Below are positions 28,673-39,600 of a stretch of 64,000 nucleotides of DNA, piece by piece. The DNA is from Bacteroidota bacterium (lineage in GTDB: Bacteria; Bacteroidota; Bacteroidia; 2-12-FULL-35-15), in contig CANNHN010000003.1 in NCBI GenBank assembly GCA_947504725.1, forward strand, positions 88,945-152,944. The letters are read 5' to 3'. The translations under genes and the position numbers were made by a program. The stretch's first letter is position 1. Every line of letters begins with the position of its first letter. The notes under the pieces were generated by a model. That model did no database searches. It worked only from the letters and a program-made list of their open reading frames with translations, and had not been told where the DNA came from.

Positions 28673-31354
28673 TTGCAACGAATGCTATTAATGGATAATC
28701 AAAATCAATTTAATATTCCTGAACAAACTCCAAATTTATTTTTGAGGTTTCTGCATTTTCTTAGACGTTTGGTTCTTGTTGTTAGTATTCTGCTGTTGCT
28801 ACTCAGTGGAACAGGATTCCTTGTTGCCTATTTTTATCAAGATGAGGTGAAAGAATATGTAATAGGTGAACTCAATAAACAACTGAACACAGAAATAATT
28901 GTAGATGGTAAAGATATCGACTTTACTGTTGTTGAAAATTTTCCGTATGCTTCTGTTGATTTCAAAAATGTAAAAGCGTTGGAGGTAATTGATAGAGAAA
29001 ATCAATCTCCTCGAAAAAAAGACACATTGTTTTCTGCTGGAACAATCTCTTTTCAATTTAATATAATGGACGTTTTTAAGCAAAATTATCGCATCAAAAA
29101 AGTCGAGATAGAAGATGTTGATTTAAAAATTCGAATAGATAAGTTTGGAAACGATAATTATCATTTCTGGAAAGAGTCGACAGATTCGACAAATACTAGC
29201 TTTGCATTTTCTTTAGAAGAAATTGTTTTGAAAAAGATAAATGTTTCATTCAAAAATTATAAAGCAAAACAAAATATAGATTTCTTGCTTGAAAATAGCA
29301 GCCTGTCTGGTAATTTTTCAGATGAAAAATATGATTTACAAACCACTACTGATGCGTTTGTAAATGTGATTAAAGTCGATAGCACAAACTATATCCGAAA
29401 AAAGAATGTTCATTTGGAAATGGATTTGAGTGTTGATAATTCAGTGCCGTCATACAAAATCAAAAATGGAAAAATTCAAATTGAAGATTTGTTATTTGAG
29501 GTGGTTGGAAATGTTATCAAAAGCAACAAAGAACCTGTTGTGAATCTTGGCGTGAAAGGGAAAAATATGGATATCAAATCTGTTTTATCTCTTATCCCAA
29601 ATAAGTACAAAGGTGGAATCAACGATTATGAAAGTGATGGCGAATTTTATTTTGATGCAACAATACAAGGTGTTTATTCAAGTAAACAGGTGCCGCAAAT
29701 TACTGCTGATTTTGGAATTAAGAATGCAGATATTACTCAAGTGAAAGACAATATTAAGCTTCACAACGTAAATTTGAAAGGGCATTATTTTAATGGTAAT
29801 AAAAATTCAAATGAGCCTTCTGAACTTACACTTATTCCTTTTTCCGCAACCATCGATGAAGGAACATTGGTTGGTGAATTGACAATAAGAAATTTATCAA
29901 ATCCGTCTTTTTCTGGAAAAGTGAAAGCGAATTTAGATTTAACAAATGTTCAAAAATTCATAAAAATTGACACAATTGAATCTGTTACCGGAAAGGTTGT
30001 TGTTGATGCTGTTTTTAGTGGAGATGAAAAAAGTGTGAGTTCAGGCAACTATGAAAATATTACCACAACAGGTGATTTGAAAATCAATGATATGAATCTG
30101 AAGCTGAAGAATTACACCTTGGATTTTTCAGGAATCAATGGCGATTTTAAATTCGACAACAACGATTTAGCTGTAAATTCTTTTACTGGGAAAGTAGCAA
30201 GTAGCGATTTTAAGTTGCAAGGTTTTTTTAGAAATATTGTTGGATTTATTTTGAAAGAAAATCAAAGTATTGCAATTGAAGCGACCTTGAAGTCTGATAA
30301 CATTGATTTGAATGAATTGTTATCAAGCAAAGAGGAGGAAAGGAAATCGAGTAAATACAAATTAAAATTTTCAGAGTTTATAGATGTGAATTTAAATAGT
30401 GAAATTCAACATTTGGTTTTCAGAAAATTTGATGCAACTAATATTCGTGGAGTTATAAAAATAAAAGATAAAAAAATGGTGGTTGATCCAATTGTTTTAA
30501 ATACAATGAATGGAAGCATTACTACCAGTGGCTTGATTGATGGAACGGATAGTACAAAGTTGTTGATTACTTGTTTTTCTGATGTCAATAAAATCAACGT
30601 CACAAAAATGTTTGAGAGCTTTGAGAGTTTCGGGCAAACGGCTATAACGGATAAAAATTTGAAAGGAGTTGCAACTGCTAAAATTCAGTTTGCTTCTATG
30701 TTGAGTCCCGATTTAAAAATGGATATGGATAAATTGTATGCTGGTGTAGAAATGACAATAGAAAATGGAGAAATGAACAATGTTTCGGCTATGAAAAGTT
30801 TATCGCGTTTTATAGAGTTGAAAGATTTGGAGAATGTAAAATTTGCCACGTTGAAAAATCAAATTGAAATAAAAAATCAAGTGATTACGATTCCTAAAAT
30901 GGAAGTGAAGTCAAATACGATTAACATAACAGCATCAGGAACTCATTCGTTCAAAAATGAAATTAATTATAGTGTAAAATTGTCATTGAACGAATTGTTA
31001 TCGAAAAAAGCAAAACAAGCTAAAAAGCAAAATGATGAATTCGGAGAAGTGGCAGATGATGGTTTAGGAAGAACAAATATTTTTCTATTGATGACCGGTA
31101 CAATCGATAATCCTACCATTAAATATGATTCGAAAAGTGCTATTAAAAATGTACAACAAGATTTAAAAGTTGAAAAACAAACGCTGAAAACTATATTAAA
31201 AGAAGAATTCGGATTGTTTAAGAAAGATTCTACTTTGAATAACAAAAAACCAAAAGATGATACAAAATTCATCATAAAGTGGGAAGAAGCGGATAAGAAA
31301 GAGGATAAAAAGGTGCTCAAAACACCTAAAAAACCTGAAGAAGAGGATTTTTAA
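28673..31354 (+). CDS. AsmA-family protein (outer-membrane assembly, large periplasmic beta-rich protein)
   Basis: An 893-aa protein with an N-terminal TM anchor and a long repetitive beta-strand-rich body. The C-terminal KKxxK tail is similar to AsmA/TamB-like proteins. Confidence 0.5.
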   Translation: MQRMLLMDNQNQFNIPEQTPNLFLRFLHFLRRLVLVVSILLLLLSGTGFLVAYFYQDEVKEYVIGELNKQLNTEIIVDGKDIDFTVVENFPYASVDFKNVKALEVIDRENQSPRKKDTLFSAGTISFQFNIMDVFKQNYRIKKVEIEDVDLKIRIDKFGNDNYHFWKESTDSTNTSFAFSLEEIVLKKINVSFKNYKAKQNIDFLLENSSLSGNFSDEKYDLQTTTDAFVNVIKVDSTNYIRKKNVHLEMDLSVDNSVPSYKIKNGKIQIEDLLFEVVGNVIKSNKEPVVNLGVKGKNMDIKSVLSLIPNKYKGGINDYESDGEFYFDATIQGVYSSKQVPQITADFGIKNADITQVKDNIKLHNVNLKGHYFNGNKNSNEPSELTLIPFSATIDEGTLVGELTIRNLSNPSFSGKVKANLDLTNVQKFIKIDTIESVTGKVVVDAVFSGDEKSVSSGNYENITTTGDLKINDMNLKLKNYTLDFSGINGDFKFDNNDLAVNSFTGKVASSDFKLQGFFRNIVGFILKENQSIAIEATLKSDNIDLNELLSSKEEERKSSKYKLKFSEFIDVNLNSEIQHLVFRKFDATNIRGVIKIKDKKMVVDPIVLNTMNGSITTSGLIDGTDSTKLLITCFSDVNKINVTKMFESFESFGQTAITDKNLKGVATAKIQFASMLSPDLKMDMDKLYAGVEMTIENGEMNNVSAMKSLSRFIELKDLENVKFATLKNQIEIKNQVITIPKMEVKSNTINITASGTHSFKNEINYSVKLSLNELLSKKAKQAKKQNDEFGEVADDGLGRTNIFLLMTGTIDNPTIKYDSKSAIKNVQQDLKVEKQTLKTILKEEFGLFKKDSTLNNKKPKDDTKFIIKWEEADKKEDKKVLKTPKKPEEEDF

Positions 31355-31426
31355 TCGAAAAATTTTCCAGTAGCAGTGTTTCTCCTAAAAAACACTAATT
31401 TCGTACTCCAAATTAAGAAACATTAA

Positions 31427-32929
31427 ATGAGTATCTATTCTAAGAAGCAACAATGGAAATTGTGGCTGTTTATGGCAGCCATTCTTATTATTGGTGCATC
31501 TCTATGGTATACAAACACACTTGTAAATAAAATTGCTCAAGAAGAACGAGTGAAGGTAAAATTGTGGGCAGATGCGATTAAAAAGAAAGCTGATCTTGTA
31601 AAGTATACCAACGAACTTTTCAATAAAATCAAAATTGATGAACGCAAAAAGGTAGAATTGTGGGCTGAAGCAACTCGCCAACTTTCTCAAGATTTAAGTG
31701 ATTACGGTTTTGTTTTAAAAGTGGTGTCTGACAATACAACAGTTCCAGTTATATTAACGGATGATCATGGAACAGTAATTACTTCTCGAAATCTGGATCC
31801 TGAAAAGGAAAACGATAAAACGTATTTGAAGTTGCAGATGCAAGCAATGCGTGCAAAGCAAGAGCCAATTGAGATTGCAATTTATAAAGGTCAAAAAAAT
31901 TATTTATACTTCGAAGACTCTAAATTGTTTTCAGAATTAAAAAACAATTTAGATGATTTGATTAAATCTTTCATTTCGGAGGTTGCTGTCAATTCTGCAT
32001 CTGTCCCTGTCATTTATACGGATTCTACAATGAAAAATGTTATCGCATCTGGTAATATTGATTCACTCAAAATAAAAGATTCTGTTTATTTAAAACAAAC
32101 ATTGTCCTTAATGGCTTCCCAAAATTTACCTATTCAAGTTGAATTTGGTAGTGGAGGCACAAATTTTATTTATTATCAGGAATCAACTTTGTTAACGCAG
32201 TTGAAATATTATCCATATGTAATGTTTACAATAATTGGATTGTTTTTATTGGTTGCCTATTTACTATTTAGTACCGCACGAAGAGTTGAGCAAAATCAGG
32301 TTTGGGTTGGAATGGCAAAAGAAACTGCTCATCAGTTAGGAACTCCGTTATCATCACTTATTGCTTGGCTTGAATATTTGCGTTCTAAAGGATTGGATCC
32401 TGAAACTGCATCTGAGATAGAAAAGGATGTGAAGCGATTGGAAACAATTACGGAGCGTTTTTCCAAAATAGGTTCTGTGCCAAAGTTAGATTCAGTTAAC
32501 TTAGTGCAAGTACTTGATGTTGCTGTGAATTATATGAAATTGCGGACTTCAAAAAATGTTATTTTTTCGATTGAAACAGGTAGTCATAAGGAAGTTTACG
32601 GACAATTGAATGTTCCTCTGTTTGAGTGGGTGATTGAAAATTTAATTCGTAACGCAGTAGATGCAATGGATGGAAATGGTTCTATTGTTATTACTCTTTC
32701 TGACCAAACTCAATTTGTTTATATTGATATTGCAGATACTGGAAAAGGAATTCCTAAATCGAAATATAAAACTGTTTTCGAGCCCGGTTATACAACAAAA
32801 CAAAGAGGATGGGGCTTAGGGTTATCTCTAACAAAACGTATCATTGAAAATTACCATTCCGGAAAAATATTTGTTAAGAGTTCTGAAATAGATAAAGGAA
32901 CTACATTTAGAATCGTGCTTAATAAATAA
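31427..32929 (+). CDS. sensor histidine kinase (orphan; no adjacent response regulator)
   Basis: The N-terminus has a TM helix, a large periplasmic domain and a second TM helix. The H-box is AHQLGTPLSSL. The N-box is ENLIRNAVDAM. The G1 box is DTGKGI and the G2 box is GWGLGLSL. Its stop overlaps the hemW start (TAATG). Confidence 0.7.
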   Translation: MSIYSKKQQWKLWLFMAAILIIGASLWYTNTLVNKIAQEERVKVKLWADAIKKKADLVKYTNELFNKIKIDERKKVELWAEATRQLSQDLSDYGFVLKVVSDNTTVPVILTDDHGTVITSRNLDPEKENDKTYLKLQMQAMRAKQEPIEIAIYKGQKNYLYFEDSKLFSELKNNLDDLIKSFISEVAVNSASVPVIYTDSTMKNVIASGNIDSLKIKDSVYLKQTLSLMASQNLPIQVEFGSGGTNFIYYQESTLLTQLKYYPYVMFTIIGLFLLVAYLLFSTARRVEQNQVWVGMAKETAHQLGTPLSSLIAWLEYLRSKGLDPETASEIEKDVKRLETITERFSKIGSVPKLDSVNLVQVLDVAVNYMKLRTSKNVIFSIETGSHKEVYGQLNVPLFEWVIENLIRNAVDAMDGNGSIVITLSDQTQFVYIDIADTGKGIPKSKYKTVFEPGYTTKQRGWGLGLSLTKRIIENYHSGKIFVKSSEIDKGTTFRIVLNK

Positions 32930-34059
32930 TGGCCGGCATTTATATTCATATTCCTTTCTGCAAACAAGCTTGTCACTACTGCGATTTTCATTTTTCTACT
33001 TCTCTTCAAAATAAAGATGCTTTTTTAAAAGCACTTCAAAAAGAAATTGTTTTACAAAAACAGTATTTAAAATCAGAACAGATTTCTACTATTTATTTCG
33101 GAGGAGGAACTCCATCTTTACTTTCTAAAATTGAGTTGAATCAAATTTTTGATTGTTTGAAAAGTAACTTTCAAATCAATTCAGATGCAGAAATTACTTT
33201 AGAAGCAAATCCGGATGATTTAACGGAAGCAAAAATAAAAGAATTGAAAGATACTCCTGTCAATCGGTTGAGTATAGGAATCCAAAGTTTTTATGACGAA
33301 GATTTAAAATTAATGAATCGTGTACATACTGCTGAGGAAAGCATCAAGGCTGTAAAGTTGGCGCAAGATAATGGGTTTGATAATATTACCATTGATTTGA
33401 TTTATGGTATTCCAGGTTTAACAGATCATCGCTGGAGAAACAATTTGCAAATTGCTTTTGCTTTGGATGTGAATCATATTTCTGCTTATTGTTTAACCGT
33501 TGAGCCTAAAACAGCATTGGCGCATAAAGTGAAAGTTGGTTTAATTAGTGATGTTGACGAGCAACAAAGTTTAGAACAATTTAAAATTATGTTAGAAGCG
33601 ATGCATAATAGCGACTTTGTTCAATATGAAATTTCTAATTTTTGCAGAAATGGTGTTTTTTCAAAACACAATAGTAACTATTGGAAAAAGGAAAAATATT
33701 TAGGATTAGGCCCTTCCGCGCATTCTTTTGATGGTGAAAGTCGCCAATGGAATATTTCAAACAATGCATTATACATACAATCGATTGAAAATGGTGAGCT
33801 AAATTTTGAAAAGGAAGTTTTAACGATAGAGCAGCGCTATAATGAGTATGTAATGACATCTTTGAGAACAATTTGGGGTTTGGATTTGGATTTGATTCAG
33901 AACAATTTTGGAAAAAAATTTCTCGATGATTGTTTAAAAGAAGTGAAGCTCTATATTCAATCGGGAGATGTATTAAACGAAGAAAATAAATTATATTTAA
34001 CAGATAAAGGAAAATTAATTGCAGATAAAATTGCAAGCGATCTTTTTAAAACAAATTAA
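32929..34059 (+). CDS. hemW: radical SAM family heme chaperone HemW (HemN-like)
   Basis: The N-terminus is YIHIPFCKQACHYCDF (CxxxCxxC radical-SAM motif). It has the HemN_C domain and is 376 aa long. Confidence 0.8.
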   Translation: MAGIYIHIPFCKQACHYCDFHFSTSLQNKDAFLKALQKEIVLQKQYLKSEQISTIYFGGGTPSLLSKIELNQIFDCLKSNFQINSDAEITLEANPDDLTEAKIKELKDTPVNRLSIGIQSFYDEDLKLMNRVHTAEESIKAVKLAQDNGFDNITIDLIYGIPGLTDHRWRNNLQIAFALDVNHISAYCLTVEPKTALAHKVKVGLISDVDEQQSLEQFKIMLEAMHNSDFVQYEISNFCRNGVFSKHNSNYWKKEKYLGLGPSAHSFDGESRQWNISNNALYIQSIENGELNFEKEVLTIEQRYNEYVMTSLRTIWGLDLDLIQNNFGKKFLDDCLKEVKLYIQSGDVLNEENKLYLTDKGKLIADKIASDLFKTN

Positions 34060-34061
34060 TC

Positions 34062-34820
34062 ATGATTTCAAAAATCACACACAAAGGAAAATCTTATAAT
34101 GTAGATTTAAATCAGCCAATCGACATTTCAATTCCACTAAGAACAGGAAAAGAAAATGTGAATGCTTGGTATTCAAATCCTGTTTCTATTGAACCTGTGA
34201 GGATGGGCGATTGGGTTGGAGATGTGAAACAAGGAGGTTCTGTGAATTTTAGAAATATCATGTTCAATCCTCATGGAAATGGAACCCATACCGAATGTGT
34301 TGGGCATATCAGCAAAGAAGATTATTCAATTAATCAAACCTTAAAAAAATTCTTTTTCATTGCAGAGGTAATTACCATATTGCCAGATGAATTAGAAAAT
34401 GGAGATAAAATAATTACAAAAAAACACATTGAAAATTGTTTGGGTGATAAGCGTCCAGAAGCAATTGTAATTCGCACACTCGATAATCACATTTCAAAAA
34501 TCAACAAACAATACTCAAATACAAATCCTCCTTATTTATTGGAGGAAGCGGCAAAATATATTGATTTGTTGGGGATAGATCATTTGATGATTGACTTGCC
34601 ATCAGTCGATAAAGAAGTGGATGATGGGAAATTATTGGCCCATCATGCATTTTGGCAATACCCTCAAAACACACAATTGCATCGCACCATTACGGAGATG
34701 ATTTACGTTCCAAATACAGTTTACGATGGAACCTATTTTTTAAATATTCAAATAGCCAGTTTCGAAAATGATGCGTCACCAAGTAAGCCTCTGCTTTTTC
34801 AGTTGAATGTTGCTTTGTAA
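34062..34820 (+). CDS. putative cyclase-family protein (arylformamidase/KynB-like fold)
   Basis: HGNGTHTECVGHI resembles the HxGTHxDxPxH metal-binding motif of the cyclase family. Confidence 0.45.
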   Translation: MISKITHKGKSYNVDLNQPIDISIPLRTGKENVNAWYSNPVSIEPVRMGDWVGDVKQGGSVNFRNIMFNPHGNGTHTECVGHISKEDYSINQTLKKFFFIAEVITILPDELENGDKIITKKHIENCLGDKRPEAIVIRTLDNHISKINKQYSNTNPPYLLEEAAKYIDLLGIDHLMIDLPSVDKEVDDGKLLAHHAFWQYPQNTQLHRTITEMIYVPNTVYDGTYFLNIQIASFENDASPSKPLLFQLNVAL

Positions 34821-34857
34821 AAAAATTCGTTTACATAAATGAATTTTCTTTGATAAA

Positions 34858-34890
34858 AAAAGCACCCCGTTCAATTTGAACGGGGTGCTT
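34858..34890. terminator. bidirectional rho-independent terminator
   Basis: The sequence is aaaaagcaccccgttcaatttgaacggggtgctttt: an 11-bp perfect stem between convergent genes. Confidence 0.6.
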
Positions 34891-34915
34891 TTCAATCTAA
34901 ACTAAATTTTCTTTT

Positions 34916-36367
34916 TTACATTGCAAAGGTTACTCCAACTGTGAAAGGATAAACTTGTGGTCCTTTGTCTTTTTTGAATAAACGATTCAATCCATAGTTT
35001 GCAAAAATTGTTACATCATTAAATCCTATTCTTGCAACTGCGCTGTAGCGGAAAGGTTCCAAGTTGAAGTCATCTTTTTGTTTGATTTTATAATGTTTGT
35101 CGTTTGCTTCGTATTTTTGTCTTGTTATAGAGTGGATTCTGTAAGCAATTTCTGCTCCAATTCCAATGTGTAAATTTTTATTCGGATTTTTACTGGTGTT
35201 GAATTCCAACATTAACGGAATTTTTAAATAAGTAACATTCAATTTATTTTTTTTGTAGTCGATGGTTGTATCATTCCATGCAGATAAATAAGTGGTATCT
35301 CCATTTAAAGTAACATTGTTTTGTAACGCATAACTGTTGAAATCAAATCCAAATCCAGTAACGAGATTTACATAATTTTTTACGATGTGAAAATCTTTTT
35401 CATAAAGGTTTAATCCAAATTGAATTGATTTTGCATAATCCAATTCCAAGAAACTTGCGCTTGGTCCTAAGTCGATATTGTTTTTGTAATCCAGAAGTCC
35501 GTTCACACCAAACTCAATTCCATTCCAGTGTTTAAATTTATCGTTATGATTGCGAGTAGAATCTTTTTTAGAAAGTTTAGCATGATTTTTTTCATCATCA
35601 TCATCACCAATAATCATGTAGTTTTTGCCACCTAATTTAATTTTAGTTGTATCGCTAGCAGTTTCGCCACCTGTTCCATCTTTACTTTCGCGAACAGAAC
35701 CAGCTCCTGATATGTTGACATTTCTATCTGTTGGATTTCCTTTGTAGATAATTGATCCAGCTCCAGAAACATCTGCATCCAAACTTTGAACAGCGAATAC
35801 TTTTGCATCACCAGCACCAGAAACTTTAGCTTTAATTTTTGTTGCTTCTAAGTTAGAAGCTTTTAAATCACCTGCCCCAGATATTGTTGCGTCAAGTGAT
35901 TGCGTTGTTCCTTTTAAAGTTACATCTCCAGCACCACTGATATCTGTTTTAATATCATTTGCCTTTAAATCCAAATGAATGTCCCCAGCGCCATTTGTTA
36001 TAATGTTTAATTTATCACAGGTTAATTGATTTTCACTTTTCACATCCGATGCGCCTGACACATCTAAACTTGTTAAGGATTTTACTGAAATTGAGATGCT
36101 GATATCATCTGCATCTTTAATGTTCCCTTCTGTTGAGATAATCAAGATGCCATCTTTGACTTCTGTTTTTATTTGTGCTTGAATATTTTCTGGAGCATTC
36201 ACCTTTAAACTGTTTGCATCACTTTGTGAAATAGTTATGTTAAAAGCATCGCCAGCTTTAATTCCTGTGAAGTCGCCAACCGTTCTTGTTTGTTGTGCTT
36301 CTGCTGTTAAAAAGGATAAACTTGTTAATAAAGTTAATCCTAGAATTTTTGTTTTTATAGTGTTCAT
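34916..36367 (-). CDS. DUF2807 (GIN-domain, putative adhesin head) protein fused to a C-terminal outer-membrane beta-barrel domain
   Basis: It has a signal peptide. The N-terminal half carries repeated SGAGD(V/L)x(L/V)xG strand motifs, typical of DUF2807. The C-terminal ~200 aa show an alternating hydrophobic beta-barrel pattern ending in AM. Confidence 0.55.
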   Translation of the reverse strand: MNTIKTKILGLTLLTSLSFLTAEAQQTRTVGDFTGIKAGDAFNITISQSDANSLKVNAPENIQAQIKTEVKDGILIISTEGNIKDADDISISISVKSLTSLDVSGASDVKSENQLTCDKLNIITNGAGDIHLDLKANDIKTDISGAGDVTLKGTTQSLDATISGAGDLKASNLEATKIKAKVSGAGDAKVFAVQSLDADVSGAGSIIYKGNPTDRNVNISGAGSVRESKDGTGGETASDTTKIKLGGKNYMIIGDDDDEKNHAKLSKKDSTRNHNDKFKHWNGIEFGVNGLLDYKNNIDLGPSASFLELDYAKSIQFGLNLYEKDFHIVKNYVNLVTGFGFDFNSYALQNNVTLNGDTTYLSAWNDTTIDYKKNKLNVTYLKIPLMLEFNTSKNPNKNLHIGIGAEIAYRIHSITRQKYEANDKHYKIKQKDDFNLEPFRYSAVARIGFNDVTIFANYGLNRLFKKDKGPQVYPFTVGVTFAM

Positions 36368-36660
36368 GATTTTATAGTTTTCGTTGTTTTTTTGAATGTG
36401 ACGTTTTGGTTATTCTGAAAGTTACAGCGCTTTAACTTTTAGCTATTTTGCTTTGTTTTGGAGTAGGACGACCCTGTTTCTCAAAAGTTACAATTGGATG
36501 TATTATATTTAACCGCCTTATATTAACTATTCACCTCTCAGAAGCAACTATTTGCTATTTTTAGACATCTTTTAGTTAATTAACAAAGCCTTGTGTAAAA
36601 GACTTTTCTAGGATTTTTATATTTAAAGTATTTATACCATATTTGTAAGGAAATCGGCTT

Positions 36661-39600
36661 ATGAAGAATTTGAAAAAAAATATACTCCTTTCATTCATTT
36701 TATTATTAGTTAGTTCAATCTCGGCTACCAATTTGTATTGGGTAGGTGGAACAGGTTCGTGGAACCAAGCAATTCATTGGTCTTTAACTACCGGTGGTCC
36801 TTCTGGTGCAATTGTTCCTACTGCAAATGATGATGTTTATTTCGATCAAAATTCATTTTCAGCAGATCATCAAACCGTAATGGTTACCGTTAATGCGGTT
36901 TGTAGAAATATAGATTGGACGAATATCGACTCTAAAGCTATATTTTCTTGCTCTCCATCTAAATCGCTTTCAGTTTTTGGTTCTTATAAGCTTTCACCCT
37001 TATTAATGAATGGTTTTAAAGGAAAAACCATTTTTTCGGCAACCACAGCTAATAATGATATTTATTCGGCAGGTAAACCAATTATTGGTGATTGGCTTTT
37101 TAATGGCTCAGGTTCATGGAGTCTTCAAGATGATGTGAATGCAGCCAACGGTATTACCTTTTATTTGTTGAAAGGTTCATTAAGCACAAATGACAAAAAA
37201 GTAGTTTGTGATTATTTTAATGGAAATTCTACACAAACAAGAAATTTATCTTTAGGCAATTCTGAAATCACAATTAAAAAATGTTGGGATTTTTCAAATT
37301 CAATAAATGCTACATTGGATCCTGGTGCCTCTACAATTATTTTCCACGACACCATTAATGCCACTAATTTTAGAGATGGTAATTTAAGGTATGCTAGTGT
37401 TTCAACATTAAGAGCATTGGGTCAAAATACGGTTACGTGTGTATTTCCAGGAGTATTTACAATTACCCTAACCGCTGATAGTGTTACTTGTAACGGATTA
37501 TTAGATGGTTCTGTATGTGCTGTAGTTACGGGTGGTTCAGGAACATTTCTATATGATTGGAATTTTGCGGCTGTACCTGTTGGAGATGGAACCCCTTGTA
37601 TTACCCTTCGTCCTACTAGTGTAAATACATTGCAAGTGACTGATGTCGTTTCTGGAGTCACTCGCTTTTGTTCTATTACTGTTGGAGAACCTGCACTTTT
37701 ATTTGATTATGAAGTATTAAATATTTCGCCTACTTGTTTTGGTGTCTGCGATGGGTTAGCAGAGATTGACGAAACAGGGGGGACGCCTCCTTATACTTAT
37801 TCGTGGACAGGTGGATTAGGAACTAATGACTCAGCAATAAATGTTTGCGTTGGAACATATACAGTTACAGTTACTGATTCACGAGGTTGTACTAATAATG
37901 CAGCTGTAATCAATATGGTACAACCACCATTGCTAGTCGCTCCAGGATCTGCAACAATGATTAGTTGTTTTGGATTTTGTGATGGAACAGCAAGTGTAGT
38001 TGCATCTGGTGGATCAGTTCCCTACACATACGATTGGACACCTGGTGCACCGATTGGAGATGGAACTCCTGCTGTTACTGCATTGTGCCCAGCTAGTTAT
38101 ACATGTACTGTAACAGATATAAACGGATGTATTGCCACATTTGATACAACAATTACTCAGCCTTTGGTATTAACACTTACTATGTCGCAAGTGAATGCTA
38201 CTTGCGGAGGAATGTGTGATGGAACAGCAACAGCAACAGTTTCAGGTGGTACCACTCCCTATATTTATGTTTGGTCAAATGGTTCTGTAACTTCTACAGT
38301 TTCTACAACCAACACAATTAGTGGTTTGTGCGCTGGACCATATACCGTTACTGTTACTGATGCAAATGGCTGTACTTTAAATAATAATGTCACAATAACC
38401 GAGCCTCCTGTTTTGGTTGCTACTGCATCTGGAACCAATATTACTTGTTTTGGTTTATGTAATGGAACTGCGACTGTTGTCGTTGTCGGAGGAAATGGCG
38501 GTAATACTTTTGATTGGACACCTGGAAATCCTACGGGAGATGGAACAGCAAATATTACAGGTTTGTGTGCCGGAACATATACCGTTACCGTTTTTGATAA
38601 TACAGGAATTTGTACAGACACAGGAGTAGTTGTTATTACAGAGCCGGCAATTTTAGCAGCGAACCCAACAAGCACTAATGTTCTGTGTTTTGGTGCGTGT
38701 AATGGAACTGCAACTTCTATTCCTTCTGGTGGAACGCTTCCATATTCGTTTGATTGGACACCTGGAGCGCCAACAGGAGATGGTACGGCATTCATTATAA
38801 ATTTGTGTCCTAATACATATACTGTTACAGTTACTGATGGAAATGGCTGTACAAATAGTCAAAGTGTTGTCATTACACAACCCGCTGTTTTAAGTGATGG
38901 AGCTACTTTTACTAATGTATCATGTAATGGTGCTTGTGATGGAACTGCTACAGCAAATCCTGTAGGAGGTACTCCAGGCTATACCTATCTTTGGAGTACT
39001 GGAGCTATTACTCCTGGCATTACAGGCTTGTGTCCTGGTTCATATACTGTAACCGTAACAGATGCAAATCTTTGTACAAATTCTGGAACCGTTGTCATTA
39101 CTCAACCAAATATCTTAAACGTAAGTGTGGTTGCTTCAGCATTGGCTTGTAATGGCGATTGTAATGGAACTGCAGTTGCTACGATCTCAGGTGGAACAGC
39201 TCCTTTTGCAATTGATTGGACACCAGGCTCTCCGATTGGTGATGGAACTACTACTATTAGCTCTTTGTGTTCTGGAACATATACTATAAATGTTGTAGAT
39301 GCGAATGGTTGTCCTGGAACGGCTTCTGGGGCAGTGTTTGAGCCAACAGTTTTGGTATTGACTACATCAGTAACGGATGTTACCTGCTTTGCTGCTTGTG
39401 ACGGAACGGCCTCAGCTTTAGCTGGAGGTGGAACTCCTGGATATTCTTATTCTTGGTTGCCAGGCGCACTTTCAACTTCATCAATTTCTGGATTATGTCC
39501 AGGGAGTTATACTGTTACTGTTACCGATTTAAATGGTTGTACTATTTCAGATACAGTTACGATAATTGAACCAACCCAAGTGTTTGCAAATCCAGCAGTA

